From assembly GCA_963829055.1 (NCBI GenBank), contig CAWHHI010000016.1, positions 928,001 through 992,000 of the forward strand: DNA of 64,000 nt, given 5' to 3'. The notes under the pieces were generated by a model. That model was not told the origin of the DNA. It was given only the letters and a program-made list of their open reading frames with translations, and made no database searches. The position numbers and the translations under genes are program-made. Source of the stretch: an uncultured Gemmatimonadaceae bacterium (GTDB lineage Bacteria; Gemmatimonadota; Gemmatimonadetes; Gemmatimonadales; Gemmatimonadaceae). Below, one piece after another: positions 1 through 10,790 of this stretch (its first letter is position 1; each line of letters begins with the position of its first letter).

Positions 1-1984
1 CGTCGAACGCCTCGGGGCTCATCTTGAGCATGCGCTCGAACACCTGCTCCGTCGTCGCGCCACGTCTTGTACGCGTTGAGCATGTCCACGATGGCGCGCG
101 GCCCGAAGTCGCGCTCGATCAGCTCGCCGACGAGCGACGCCTGGTAGTACGAGAAGATGAGCTGCTGCGGGTACGCCGGCCGCATGAAGCCGTCGTTCAT
201 GCGACTCACCTTCACCAGCCGCCCGGCCTTGTAGGCGGCGAGGAACTCCGGCGTCACGTCCGCGCCCCAGCCCTTCCGAGCGCGCCGCTCCTCGAGCACC
301 GACAGGCCTTCGGACAGCCACCGCGGCACGCGGTGGTCGCTCGCGCCTAACGTGAACGTGTGCGCCAGCTCGTGCCAGAACGTCGAGCCCCAGTTGAAGT
401 CGCCCGACGTCTCGCGCCGCCGGCGAGTCCATGGCGAGCGTGGTGCCGAAGCTCACGCCCAGCGCGCCGAGGCCCGCGAGACCGACGGTGCGCACCGAGA
501 AGTCCGCGTGGCTGCGATACACCTCGAGCCGGATCGGCGTCGGCGGCTTGTACTGGTAGCGCGCCGCCAGCGAGTCGTACGCCGCCTCCGCGAGCGCGCG
601 CAGGTACGTCGACAGGAGCTCCGACTCCTTCCCGTCGACCACGAAGCGGAACCGAGGCGACGTCGTCTCGCGATAATCCTTGAACGTGTCGAGCAGGTCG
701 AGCGTGTTCTTGATCCAGACGTCGTACGGATCGCCGGCGAACGCGCGGTCGAGATTCTTCCGCCCTTCATCCATCGCGCCGACGCGAAGCTGGTTCATGC
801 CCAGCACGCCGTACGCGCGCCACGCCGTCGAGTCGGCGGCGACGCCTTCGCGCGCGAAGTCGACCGCCTCGCGCGTACAGCCGGTTCCGCGCCGCCGCCT
901 CGGCGAGGTCCGTGAAGAAGTCCGCCGCCTTCGGATTGTGCGCGAGCGCGCGACGCTTGAGCGCGTCGAAGCCGGCGCGATCACCCTGCAGGTAGCGCGA
1001 CGGCCGCGAGCACGCTCATGCCCTCGACGAGCGTCGAGTCCGTGGCGAGCGCCTTCTCCGCCTCCGCCGCCGCTGCGACGTAATCCTCGCCGTCGAAGAT
1101 AGATGGAGCCGAGGAACGCGTGCAGCCGGCGCCGCGTTAGGGTTGACCTCGAGGCTCTTCCGCACGATGTCCGCCGCCGCACCGCTCCCGTCGAAGTACG
1201 TGACGCGCGCCGACGCAAGCAGCGCGCGCGGATGCCGCGGATTCTTCGCGAGCAGCGCCGCCACGCTCTTTTTCGCGTCGCCGCTGTTGTACTTGTCGAG
1301 GAACAGCTCGATCTCGCGGAGCTGCGCTTCCTGATTCGTCGAGTCGCGCGCGATCGCCTCGTCGTACGCCTTGAGCGCGTCCTTGAACAGCTGCGGGTTC
1401 GTGACGCCGAGATACCGGCACGCCGTCCCGACGGCCATGAGCTCGTCGGACGTCAGCGACCGCCTTGCGCGTGTTGTAGATGTCGATGAACCCATCGAGA
1501 TCCTCAGGGCTTCGGCGTGCTCGCCGCGATCGAAGCGGAGAACGTCGAGGTTCAGCCGAGCGGTGAGGCTGTCCGATGCATGACCCGCCATCGCGGCGCG
1601 GAACGCCGGCTTCGGCCTCCGCGGTCTTGCCGCGAAGACGCAGCACCTCGCCTAACGCGTTCTGCAGCTCCACGCCGGACGGGCCAGCGACGAACCGCTT
1701 GCCCGGCGTCCTCGGCGTCGGCGTACTTGCCGATCTCCGACAGCGTGCGCAGCAGGCCCGCGCCGACTCGCGACGGCCGTCGGCCCGTCCTTCGCGGCCA
1801 ACGTCCGGTAGATGGCGATCGCCTCGTCGTACTTGCCGCTGCGCTCGAGCTCACCAGCGCGCTTGAGCTCCGCCGGATCATCCTGCGCGCCCTGCGACGC
1901 CCACACGGGGCGGTCGTTCGCGCACGACACGCTCGCGACCGTCGCGAGCAGCAGCACGAATCGCATCATCGGCGCGTGAATCAT
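1..1984 (-). CDS. TPR-repeat protein with C-terminal peptidase MA-like (HEXXH) domain; frameshifted, runs off window start
   Basis: Pieced from ORFs 1652..1984, 1016..1591 and 19..1218. N-terminal signal-like segment (MMRFVLLLATVASVSC) and TPR-like helices. My translation near 290-390 gives FWHELAHTFTLGASDHRVPRWLSEGLS. Confidence 0.7.
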
Positions 1985-3016
1985 GGCCGACCTCCCGTCA
2001 CATCACGGATCGCCTTGTTCTTCTCGGCGAGCTGCACCAGGAGATCCTCGAGCGCCTTGCTCGTAGGCGGTCGAGTCCATGGCCGTCTTGCGGCGGCGCA
2101 GCGAATCGATGCTCGTTTCGATCGCAGTCCTTCTCGCGCTCGAGTGCAGCCACGCGCGGATCGCTCGATGCCCCGCGCGCGGCCGCGGTCGACACTCCCG
2201 CTGCGTCCGCCGAGAAACACGCGCCGAGCCAGCGCGCCATCCGCGGACTTCGCGTCGGGCGCGCGCCGTTCCTTTGTGATCGCCGTTGTCGTCGAGCTGC
2301 GCGTGCTCCGTGAGCATGTGGTTCTCGCTCTCGTAGGCGCGCGCGACTTCGCGCCGCGCGTACTCGAACGCCTCGAGCACCGAGACGCGGCCGTCCTTGT
2401 CCGCATCGGCCACGTCGCTCGCGTACGCCTGCACGAAGTAGGTCGCGAAGCGCGTCTGGTTGCTTCTCCATGTCCGACTTGGTCGCCGTCGCGATGACGC
2501 GATTCGGACCGGACAGCGTGGCAATGAAGCCGCCGCTCGCGCTCGCGGCGTTCACGATCGCGATGATCGGCCCGCCAACGGGATCGAGCATGCGCGCGAA
2601 GTCGGCCGCGGTGATGTCCGGCCCCGGCACGTTGAACTTCGACGTCGCCTGGTCGTCACCGCTACCGTGACCGATCAGCATCACGAACAGCACGTCGCCG
2701 GTTTTGGAGCGTGCGCCGAGCGCGGTGAGCTCGCGTTCGACGTTCTCCTTCGTCGACGCCGCCTTGATCCGCGCCGCGTCACGCGCCGGATTCTCCGCGA
2801 GGTACACGATGTCCGAGTCGGGCACGCCGAACCGCGTCTTGAGCGCGTCGATCATCGTCGTCGCCTGCTTGAAGAACACGTCGGCGTACTGCGGCTCGCC
2901 GGCGACGCCGCTCACGATCAGCACGCGCGCACGACCGGTCCTCTGCGCGCGCGCGACGCTGGCGCGCGCGCCGCGGCAGACACCAGGAGCGCGAGACACG
3001 CACGCACGATCCTCAC
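1981..3016 (-). CDS. Secreted caspase/C13-fold-like protein; frameshifted
   Basis: ORFs 1998..3272, 2003..2524 and 1981..2406 give VMLIGHGS...NAASASGGF and ADADKDGRVSVLEAF. GTG start overlaps the upstream stop; ATGA overlap with the next gene. Confidence 0.55.
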
Positions 3017-5308
3017 GCGAGCCCTCGCAGCTTTCGATAGCCCCACTCGCTCGTGATGAGCGCGATGAGCAGCAAGAACACGATCGGCATGTCCCACAGA
3101 TCCTTCCGGTCCACGACCGTGTTCCCCACATCGGTGAACACGATGTCCTTCGCGAGGTCGGCAACCTTGTCGCTCGTGTAGAACCGGCCGCCGGTTTCGT
3201 CCGCGATGCGCCTGAGGAGCGGCGCGCGCATCTCGGCACCGAAGTACTCGGTCGAGAGATCGCCCGACGCAATGTACGACCGGTCGCTCACGATCGAGTC
3301 GGTTCCCATTCGCGTCCGCACGTCGACGCTGTACAGCCCGCGCTCCGTCGGCGTGAATGACGTCTTGTACTCGCCGTCGCGCGTCACCGACCACTCGAGC
3401 GGCATCTCGGTGACGGTTCCGGACGGCGACGTCACACGCGCGACGGCCTCGGCGTTGTTCACCTTGAGGAACGTGCGGTCGGAGATCTCGGCGTTGAGCT
3501 CGACCGGATCGCCCGGCGACACCTGATCTCCCGGCGGCGGCGACCATGACACGCGACGGCACATCGTTCACGAGCCACCGAGCAACTGGCGCCAGAACGA
3601 CTCGAACGTCATGTCCTCGAGCGACATTGACGGGTCCATCTGCCACAGCCACGAGTCCTGGATCGGAAACACGATCGCCTTCCCGCGACCATAACGCTGG
3701 AACGCGAGCACGGTCTCACGATCGCCGCCCTTGGCCGGTGTCCCCGTCAGAAGCACCGTCGCACCGGGCTTCGCGCGCCCAATGCGATTCACGCTCGACA
3801 CCGGCGGCATCGTCTTCCACCGCTTGGCCGACAGGCTCTCGGCTTCGGCGATCTGCGTGGCCGCATGTAATCGCGCCCGGCACGGTCACATCGACCTTGA
3901 GCTCGCTGAAGTACGGCGTCTTGCTCTCGACGGTCCGCCGACGAGGTCGACCGGAAGCACTTCCGCCACCGGCGTTCCCGCAAAGCCGCCCTCGCCGAGC
4001 GCGCGGCGGCCGCCTAACGCCAGCAACCCGCCGCCGCGCTCGCTCACGAAATCCGCCAGCATGCGAAGCTGGTCGCCCGTGAAGTAGCTCGCCTCCATGC
4101 TGCCGAGGATGACGCCCTTGTACGCGAACAGCTCGTCGCGCGTCTTCGGAAATCCGGACACGAGATCGAGGCTGTCGTCGACACTGAAGCGCCGGAACTG
4201 ATCCTTCGCCAGCCGCTGCAGCGTGACGATCTGCAGGTTCTTGTCATCGCGCACGGCGCGACGCAGGAACGGCATTTCGGGCCGCGGCTCACCTTCGATG
4301 TACAGAATCTTCTCGCGACGATCGCTCACGTTCACGATCGCCTGCTGCGTGTTGTTCTGCGCGAACCATCTCGCCGGGCTGCGGCGGCGATCCGGAACGT
4401 GAGCACGCGCGCGCCGGCTTCGGTCGTTGGCACGCGAACTCGAATCGGAATCGCTTCACCGTCGCCGGACAGCGTGACCGACTGCGTGCTGACGATGCGC
4501 CCGCCGTCCTCGACGATCAGCTGCACCTTGTCGCCCCGTGTAGCCGCGCTGCGCGACCATTACGTCGACCACGAGCGACGCGCCCACCAACACACTCCGC
4601 GGCGCTTCGATGCGACTGACTTCGATGTCCTTCGTGAATCGCTCGCGACCGACGCCGACGGTGAACACCGGCACGTGCCGCGCGCCGAGCGACATCACCG
4701 CATCGGTGAGCGAGCCACGCGAGTTGTCCGCGCCGTCGGAGACGAGCACGAGGCCCGAGAGCGGTACGCCCGTGAGCTCCTGACGCGCCGATTCGAGCGC
4801 GGGGCCGAGCTGCGTGCGCACGCCGTCGTACGAGAGATCGCCAAGCTGCGCGACACGCTCGCCGTTGCCGGAGAAGCGAAAGAGCCGAACGACGAACTTC
4901 TGCGCGAGCGCCGCGTACAGCGAACTGTCGCGGCCGCCAAGCAGGTGGCGCACCGCGTCGGCGCGCGTGGCGCCGTTCAGGTCGGCGATGCGCATGCTGC
5001 GCGAGTCGTCCACCAGCACACCGACCACGTTGCGTTGCGGCACCGCCTCGGATACGACGAGGACCGGATGCAGCAGCGGCGATCGATGGCGAGCGCCAAC
5101 GCAGCGAGGCGCAACCCGATGCAGCACCGCACGGTCGCGCGGACCGCCGCGCATGCGCAACCGCGCGTATGCGATGAGCGCCGGAACGCCGATCGCCAGA
5201 GCGATCGCGATGACGATGTACGTGCGCCGGGCCAGCCGCGAACGCGAGCCGGCCCTTCTCGAACACCACGGGCCGGTACTTGAACAAGAACTCGAACAGA
5301 GCTTCCAA
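3013..5308 (-). CDS. Membrane protein with vWA-like and glutamine-amidotransferase-like domains; multiple frameshifts
   Basis: TTG start after GGAG (MEALFEFLFKYRP). MIDAS-like VLVDDSRSM...LVLVSDG, ILYIEGEPRPE and C-terminal LITSEWGYRKLRGLA across ORFs 4456..5160, 3886..4335, 3568..3810 and 3013..3564. Confidence 0.7.
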
Positions 5309-5702
5309 CGCCACTCCGACGAAGACGCGCTGTGTCGACTCTATCGAGGGCCGACCGAATGCCCGACCCTCGACCGTTCCTGCAGTTACGCGAGTGCACG
5401 AGACGCCGCTGGCAAACACCGGCGCACGTCGCTAACGCTCGGGTTCTCTAGTGGATAATCTCGGCCCGCGCGGCAGGTCGGCGACCGCTCGAGGGCCTCC
5501 TTGCAATCCTCTGACAATGCACACCGCATTGCTAGAGGCGAAGCGATGGGAAGGCAATGCATTGACGGAAGATGGCGCACGTTACACGCATCGGCACCAC
5601 CGGTTCCGCGGACGGGGCCACACCGCGAAATTCCCGGGGCCGGTAACGACGGAACGGGACGGGTCGTCGGCGAGCCATCACACCACGTCGCGGCACAGTG
5701 GC

Positions 5703-5989
5703 TCAGTCGCCGCGAATGGCCGCGCGCAGCCGCTCGCAGTCGTGCAGGAGCAGCTGCGGTCACCTCTTCGTCGCCGCCGTACGTCTCACGCTTCCGGTCG
5801 CTGAAGAGGATGTCGGTCCAGGCCGCGATGCTCGACGACCTTTTCGCGGACGACGTCTCGCGCCCCGGGCGCTCGCGCAGTTGATCGACCAGGATACGGA
5901 TGTCGTCCTGCGCCCGTCGTCATCTCGCCGCGACGTGGACGCAAGCCCTCGATCTGTCGTACGATCGCCAGTGCTTCTTCGCGCGTCAT
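5703..5989 (-). CDS. Small hypothetical protein, frameshifted
   Basis: Purine-rich leader then MTREEALAIVRQIE; protein-like continuation in other frames (IAAWTDILFSDRKRETYGGDEEV...LLHDCERLRAAIRGD). Confidence 0.35.
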
Positions 5990-6165
5990 CCCCCCTCGCA
6001 GGTCAGCGAGCTGGTCATGCTTGTCGTCGCGCGGACGCCGATGCGACGCGCCGTCACAGCGAGCGCGACAAAACAACGACGCCCGGGTTTCGCGCAATGT
6101 GGAGAACCTGAGCTGCCTCGCCGGCTCGTTATCTTCACGGCGTCTTCGCCCTCCCGATCACCGCC

Positions 6166-7144
6166 ATGTCCGATCATCAATCGCGTGCCTGACGCCGTCG
6201 CACCGTTGCACGGGCCCGCACGTCCGACTCGCCGCGCCCGACCACGATCGTCGAGGCTCCCCGTCTCGCCGCGCACCTCGGCGTCGACGTCTTCATCGCG
6301 ACCGAGACATTCCAGCGCACGGGAAGCTTCAAGTTCCGCGCTGCATTCAATGTGGTTGCCGAACGTGCCCCACCCGCACGTGATCGCGGCGTCGTCGGGC
6401 AACTTTGGTCAGGCCATGGCGTACGCGTGCAAACTGTTCGGCAAGCGCTGCACCGTCGTCATGCCCGCGAACTCCGCACGCGTGAAGGTGGATGCGGTGC
6501 TCAGTTACGGCGGACGCGTTGACCTCGTTGACACGACGAAAGTGAAACGCGCGGCGCGAGTCGCTCAGCTCGCCGCGGAGCATCCGGATGCGTACATCGC
6601 CAGCGCCTACGATGATCCGTTCGTCATCGCCGGCAACTCGTCGCTCGGCGACGAGTTGGCGGCGCTCGCGCTGCCGCCGGATGTGGTCGTGGCACCGGTT
6701 GGCGGCGGAGGCCTGACGTCCGGGCTGGTGCAGGCCGCGCAGCGCTCGAAGCATCCCATGCGCGTCATCGGCGCCGAGCCGCTCATGGCGAACGACGCGG
6801 CACGGTCGCTCCGCGAGGGCCATATCGTCGTGAACGAGAACGAGCCGCAGACCATCGCGGACGGGACGCGCACGCTGAGCGTCGGGCGCTACAACTGGGA
6901 GATTCTGAAGGACGGCATCGAGACCATCGTGGAGGTCCCGGAGGACGCGATCCGCGACGGCGTGCGTCTCCTGTTCTCGCTCGCGAATCTCAAGGCGGAG
7001 CCGACGGGCGCACTCGGCGTCGGCGCGCTGCTGACGTCGCCCGAGACGTTCCGCGGGCGACGCGTGTGCTGCGTGGTGACGGGTGGCAACGTCGACCCGG
7101 CTGTCTACGGCGCGATCGTCGCTCCCGCGAACAGCCAGGCCTAG
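6166..7144 (+). CDS. PLP-dependent serine/threonine dehydratase family protein (5' frameshifts)
   Basis: TGSFKFRAAFN PLP-lysine motif in an adjacent frame near 6320; ASSGNFGQA, PVGGGGL, AEPTGA and VTGGNVD motifs. Confidence 0.85.
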
Positions 7145-7167
7145 CACCGTACAGCGGTTACACGCAG

Positions 7168-7698
7168 TTACGCCGCCAGCGGCGACACGAGCGGCATGGC
7201 GCGATAGAGCAGCGCCAGCATCTCCAGGTCGCCGTGCGTGCGCGCACGGTCGGATGCGGACACGCCATCACGGTCCCGCGCCTCGACCGATGCGCCGCCG
7301 GCGATGAGCGTCACGCATGCCGCCTTGTGGCGGAACATGCTCGCGTACATGAGCGCGGTCATTCCATCCACGGTGGTGGCGTTCGCGCGCGCATTCCGCT
7401 CCAGCAACAGTCGAACGGTGTCGGCGTGTCCACCGATCGCCGCGCCCATGAGTGGTGTGCGGCCAGTGAGGTCCGTCGCGTTGACGTCGGCGCCCCAGTC
7501 GATCAGCAGGTCCACGACTTCTTCGTGCCCGTTCGCCGCGGCAACGATCAACGGCGTGTTCCCACGGCGGTCCCGCGCCTCGAGCGGCGCGCCCGCAATG
7601 AGCAGCGCGTCGACCGCGCCGGCATCACCGCGATACGCCGACTCGAACAGTGCCTTGCCTCTATTCATCAGATCGGTCATGTCGCTCATAGCAATCAA
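7168..7698 (-). CDS. Ankyrin repeat protein
   Basis: Repeated GxTPL/TAL..AA..GH...V.LL motifs (GNTPLIVAAANGH, GRTPLMGAAIGGH, GMTALMYA). Confidence 0.92.
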   Translation of the reverse strand: MIAMSDMTDLMNRGKALFESAYRGDAGAVDALLIAGAPLEARDRRGNTPLIVAAANGHEEVVDLLIDWGADVNATDLTGRTPLMGAAIGGHADTVRLLLERNARANATTVDGMTALMYASMFRHKAACVTLIAGGASVEARDRDGVSASDRARTHGDLEMLALLYRAMPLVSPLAA

Positions 7699-7709
7699 TG
7701 TCCTCGCCG

Positions 7710-8016
7710 CTACCGGCGATTGGCGGACGCTGCGGTCAATCGCATGCGCCGCTCGAGAGTCGTGACGTACGCGCGCATCACTTCGGCGCGCAGTCGGTAG
7801 TGCACGTACTGGCCGTCTCTGCGCATCTCGATGACGCCGACTTCGACGAGCACTCGAAGGTGGTGCGACATCGTCGGCTGCGAGACGGGAAACTCATCGC
7901 ACAGGTGCTGACACGCGGCGTCGCCGCGCGCGGCGATCCGTTCGAGAATTGCCAGGCGCCGCGCGTCGGCGAGCGCCTTCGCGATGCGGAGAAAGTTTTC
8001 GGCTCGTGAGCACCAT
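7710..8016 (-). CDS. ArsR/SmtB family transcriptional regulator (missed by ORF track; frameshift near start)
   Basis: Manual translation: ...FLRIAKALADARRLAILERIAARGDAACQHLCDEFPVSQPTMSHHLRVLVEVGVIEMRRDGQYVHYRL, a typical ArsR HTH. Confidence 0.85.
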
Positions 8017-8054
8017 ATAGACGATCATCAATCTAATCGATGATTGTCTATATG
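8014..8054. promoter_or_regulatory. Inverted repeat at the ArsR start; candidate autoregulatory operator
   Basis: CATATAGACGATCATC-AATCTAATC-GATGATTGTCTATATG: AT-rich, 16-bp arms with one mismatch. Confidence 0.65.
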
Positions 8055-8089
8055 GGAGGACGTGGACGGCACCGCGCCGACCAATTTTT

Positions 8090-8177
8090 GTTCCCGGTTC
8101 GCCGGTTCGCCGTTCGCCGTTCGCTCCCGGTTCGCCGTTTCCGTTCCCGGTTCCCGTTCCCGATTCCCGGTTCCCGC
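8090..8177. repeat. Degenerate short tandem repeat (GTTCCCG/GTTCGCC units)
   Basis: About a dozen 6-7 nt units between the pnkp stop and the ArsR promoter. Confidence 0.7.
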
Positions 8178-8194
8178 TTTCTCTGCCGTGATCT

Positions 8195-10790
8195 CTACAA
8201 ACGTGGATCCACCGGCTCGCTCTCGAGTGCGAGCACACCGAAGACGCACTCGTGCACGCGACGAAGCGGCTCGCCCCGTACGAATCGCTCGAGACCTTCC
8301 ACGCCAAGCGCGAACTCTCTGAGCGCCAGCGAGCGCTTGGAGGACAGTCCGCGCTGACGCAACCGCGCGAGATTCTCCGGGAGCGTGTACTCAGGACCGT
8401 AGATGACGCGGAGATACTCCCGGCCTCGGCACTTCACGGCCGGCTGTACGAGGCCACGCGGCCCGCGCGCGATGAACGACGCTGGCTTCACGACCATCCC
8501 TTCACCGCCACGTGATGTCATGTCCTCCCACCAGGCGGTCGCGGTCGCCTCGTCATCGGCACTGGCGAGATCGACCGTCCGATGCGCCGTAGTGAACAAC
8601 ACACCGGAGTCGTCCGCGGAGCACACGCCGCCGGCAGTCTCGAGATGCCACGCATGGTCCTTCGTCGTGTGCACGGCACCGGCGGTCGCGAGCACGTGGA
8701 AAGGCGCGAGCCTGAGGTCCGAGACGGACGCGACGGGCCAGCAATAGCGTCGCCACGCCTCCGTGTACCGCGTCACGAGCGCGTCACGCTCGCTGAAACG
8801 TTCGAGCAGCGCATCGAGACCAGAAGTACGATCACCCGCGGCGCGCAACGTCGCCACCGTCTCCGACAGCGCGCCCTTCGCTGCGGCCGAGACGGCGGCA
8901 TACTGCTGTCGGATCAGCTCCTGCGCCTTCGCGGACCACGGCATCAACTCACAGTCGAGCAACACCCAATCGGTCTCGAGGCGTGCCCAAAGGTCGGAGC
9001 CCTGCAACGCGCGCTGGAGAATGTCCAACAGCCCCCGCTCGAGCGCGACGTCATCGAAGAAACGACGGCCCGTGCGCGTGTAGATGAAGCCCGGCCCCTC
9101 ATCGACGATGCCAAAGCGACGGCGGGCGGCGTCCTCATCTCGGCACACAATGACCACCGCGCGGGAGCCCATGTGCTTCTCCTCGCACACGACGTTAGGC
9201 ACGCCGTAGCGCCGATAGTACGCGAACGCCTCGGTCGGGTACTCGAGGTACCCCTCGCGCGTCGACGTCTCCGAGGGAGAGATCGTGGGCGGCAGATACA
9301 CGAGCCACTTCGGATTCGCCGCGAACCGACTCATGACCTCGAGTGCCGCGGTCGCGTTCTCTTCGCGAATCGTGACGTTGTGATGCAACGCCGTCGCGAT
9401 GATGCGCTTCCCGGTGACATCCGCCAGATCGAGCACCTCGTCTTCGCGCTGCTGCGTGGACAGGCCGGCGGCGGCCGACGTGGCAGCAACCAACGGACGC
9501 GCAGGCTCGGCATAGACGTGCGCAGCCGGGACGGACACCAGTTCCTTCTCCGGCCATCGCAGTGCCGTCAGCTTGCCACCGAATACGCAGCCGGTATCGA
9601 TGTTGATCGTGCGGTTCAACCACTCGGGCTCGGGGACCGGCGTGTGACCGTATACCACGTGCGCAGGACCACGATATTCCGCAGCCCAGTTGTAGCGGAT
9701 CGGGCAGCCCGAATTCGTCCGTCTCGCCTGTGGTTTCGCCGTACAGGGCGAAGTCGCGCACTTTCCCCGACCCGCGGCCCTGCATCTCCTCCTTCATCCC
9801 GGCGTGCGCCACCACGAGCTTCCCGCCGTCCAGCACGTAGTGACTCACGAGTCCGTCGAGGAAGGCGGCGACCTGCTCGCGAAACTCCGGCGTCTCCCGT
9901 CCGAGCTGCTCGAGCGTCTCGGCCAGACCGTGCTTCACCTGTACGTCGCGCCCGCGCAGCGCCTTGACGAGCTTGAGATCGTGATTGCCCGGGCACGGCG
10001 AGCGCCGTGCCCGCGTTCGCCATCGTCATCGCGATGCGCAACGTATCGCTCACGCGAGGACCGCGGTCCACGAGGTCACCGACGAAAACGACCTTGCGCC
10101 CGTCAGCATGCGCGAACACGCCTAACGCGTCGCGCGCGTAGCCGAGCGCCTGCAGCAACGCCTCGAGCTCATCAGCGCAGCCGTGCACGTCGCCGATGAT
10201 ATCGAACGGACCGCGGTCGCCCTTCCGGTTGTTCCAGAGCGGCTGTCGTTCGATGGTCACCCGGGCGACGTCCTCAGGCGTGCGAAGGACGTGAAGATGA
10301 CGGAACCCTTCGCGCTGCAGGTTGCGCAGCGACTTGTGAAGTTGCCCGCGCTGCTGCCGTATCACGTGCCCGCCAAAGGTGCGATCCGCGCGCGCGCGGT
10401 TGCGCTCCTCGCAGACGCGCTCGGGCATGTCGAGCACGATCGCGACCGGCAGCATGTGATAGCGGCGCGCGAGCTCCACGAGCGGCTTGCGAGACTCGGG
10501 TTGCACGTTGGTCGCATCGACGACGGTCAGCAGGCCCGCCTCGAGCCGCTTGGCGGCGATGGTGTGCAGGACTTCGAACGCCGCCTTCGTCGCGCCCTGA
10601 TCGTTCTCGTCGTTCGAGACGAGTCCGCGGCAGAAGTCGGACGAAAGTGTCTCGAACGGACCGAAGTGCGTGCGCGCGAACGTCGACTTTCCACACCCGG
10701 ATGGACCGATCAGCACCACCAGCGACAGCTCGGGAATGGTGAGCGTGCGTGGTGGCGCGGGGCGAGATTGTCTAGCGTGTGCTCAGACAT
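8195..10790 (-). CDS. pnkp: Polynucleotide kinase-phosphatase (kinase / metallophosphoesterase / ligase-adenylyltransferase); frameshifted
   Basis: GPSGCGKS P-loop; [17 protein letters not shown] and IDTGCVFGG phosphatase motifs; [15 protein letters not shown] and KCRGREYLR ligase motifs; C-terminal EPVDPRL. Confidence 0.93.

Noticed and set aside
8090..8177. CRISPR array
   Set aside because: Units are 6-7 nt with no unique spacers, and no cas genes are in the window.
8582..9967. Long antisense ORFs (e.g. 8582..9967, 23830..25257, 60045..61232)
   Set aside because: Shadow ORFs typical of high-GC DNA opposite well-supported genes.
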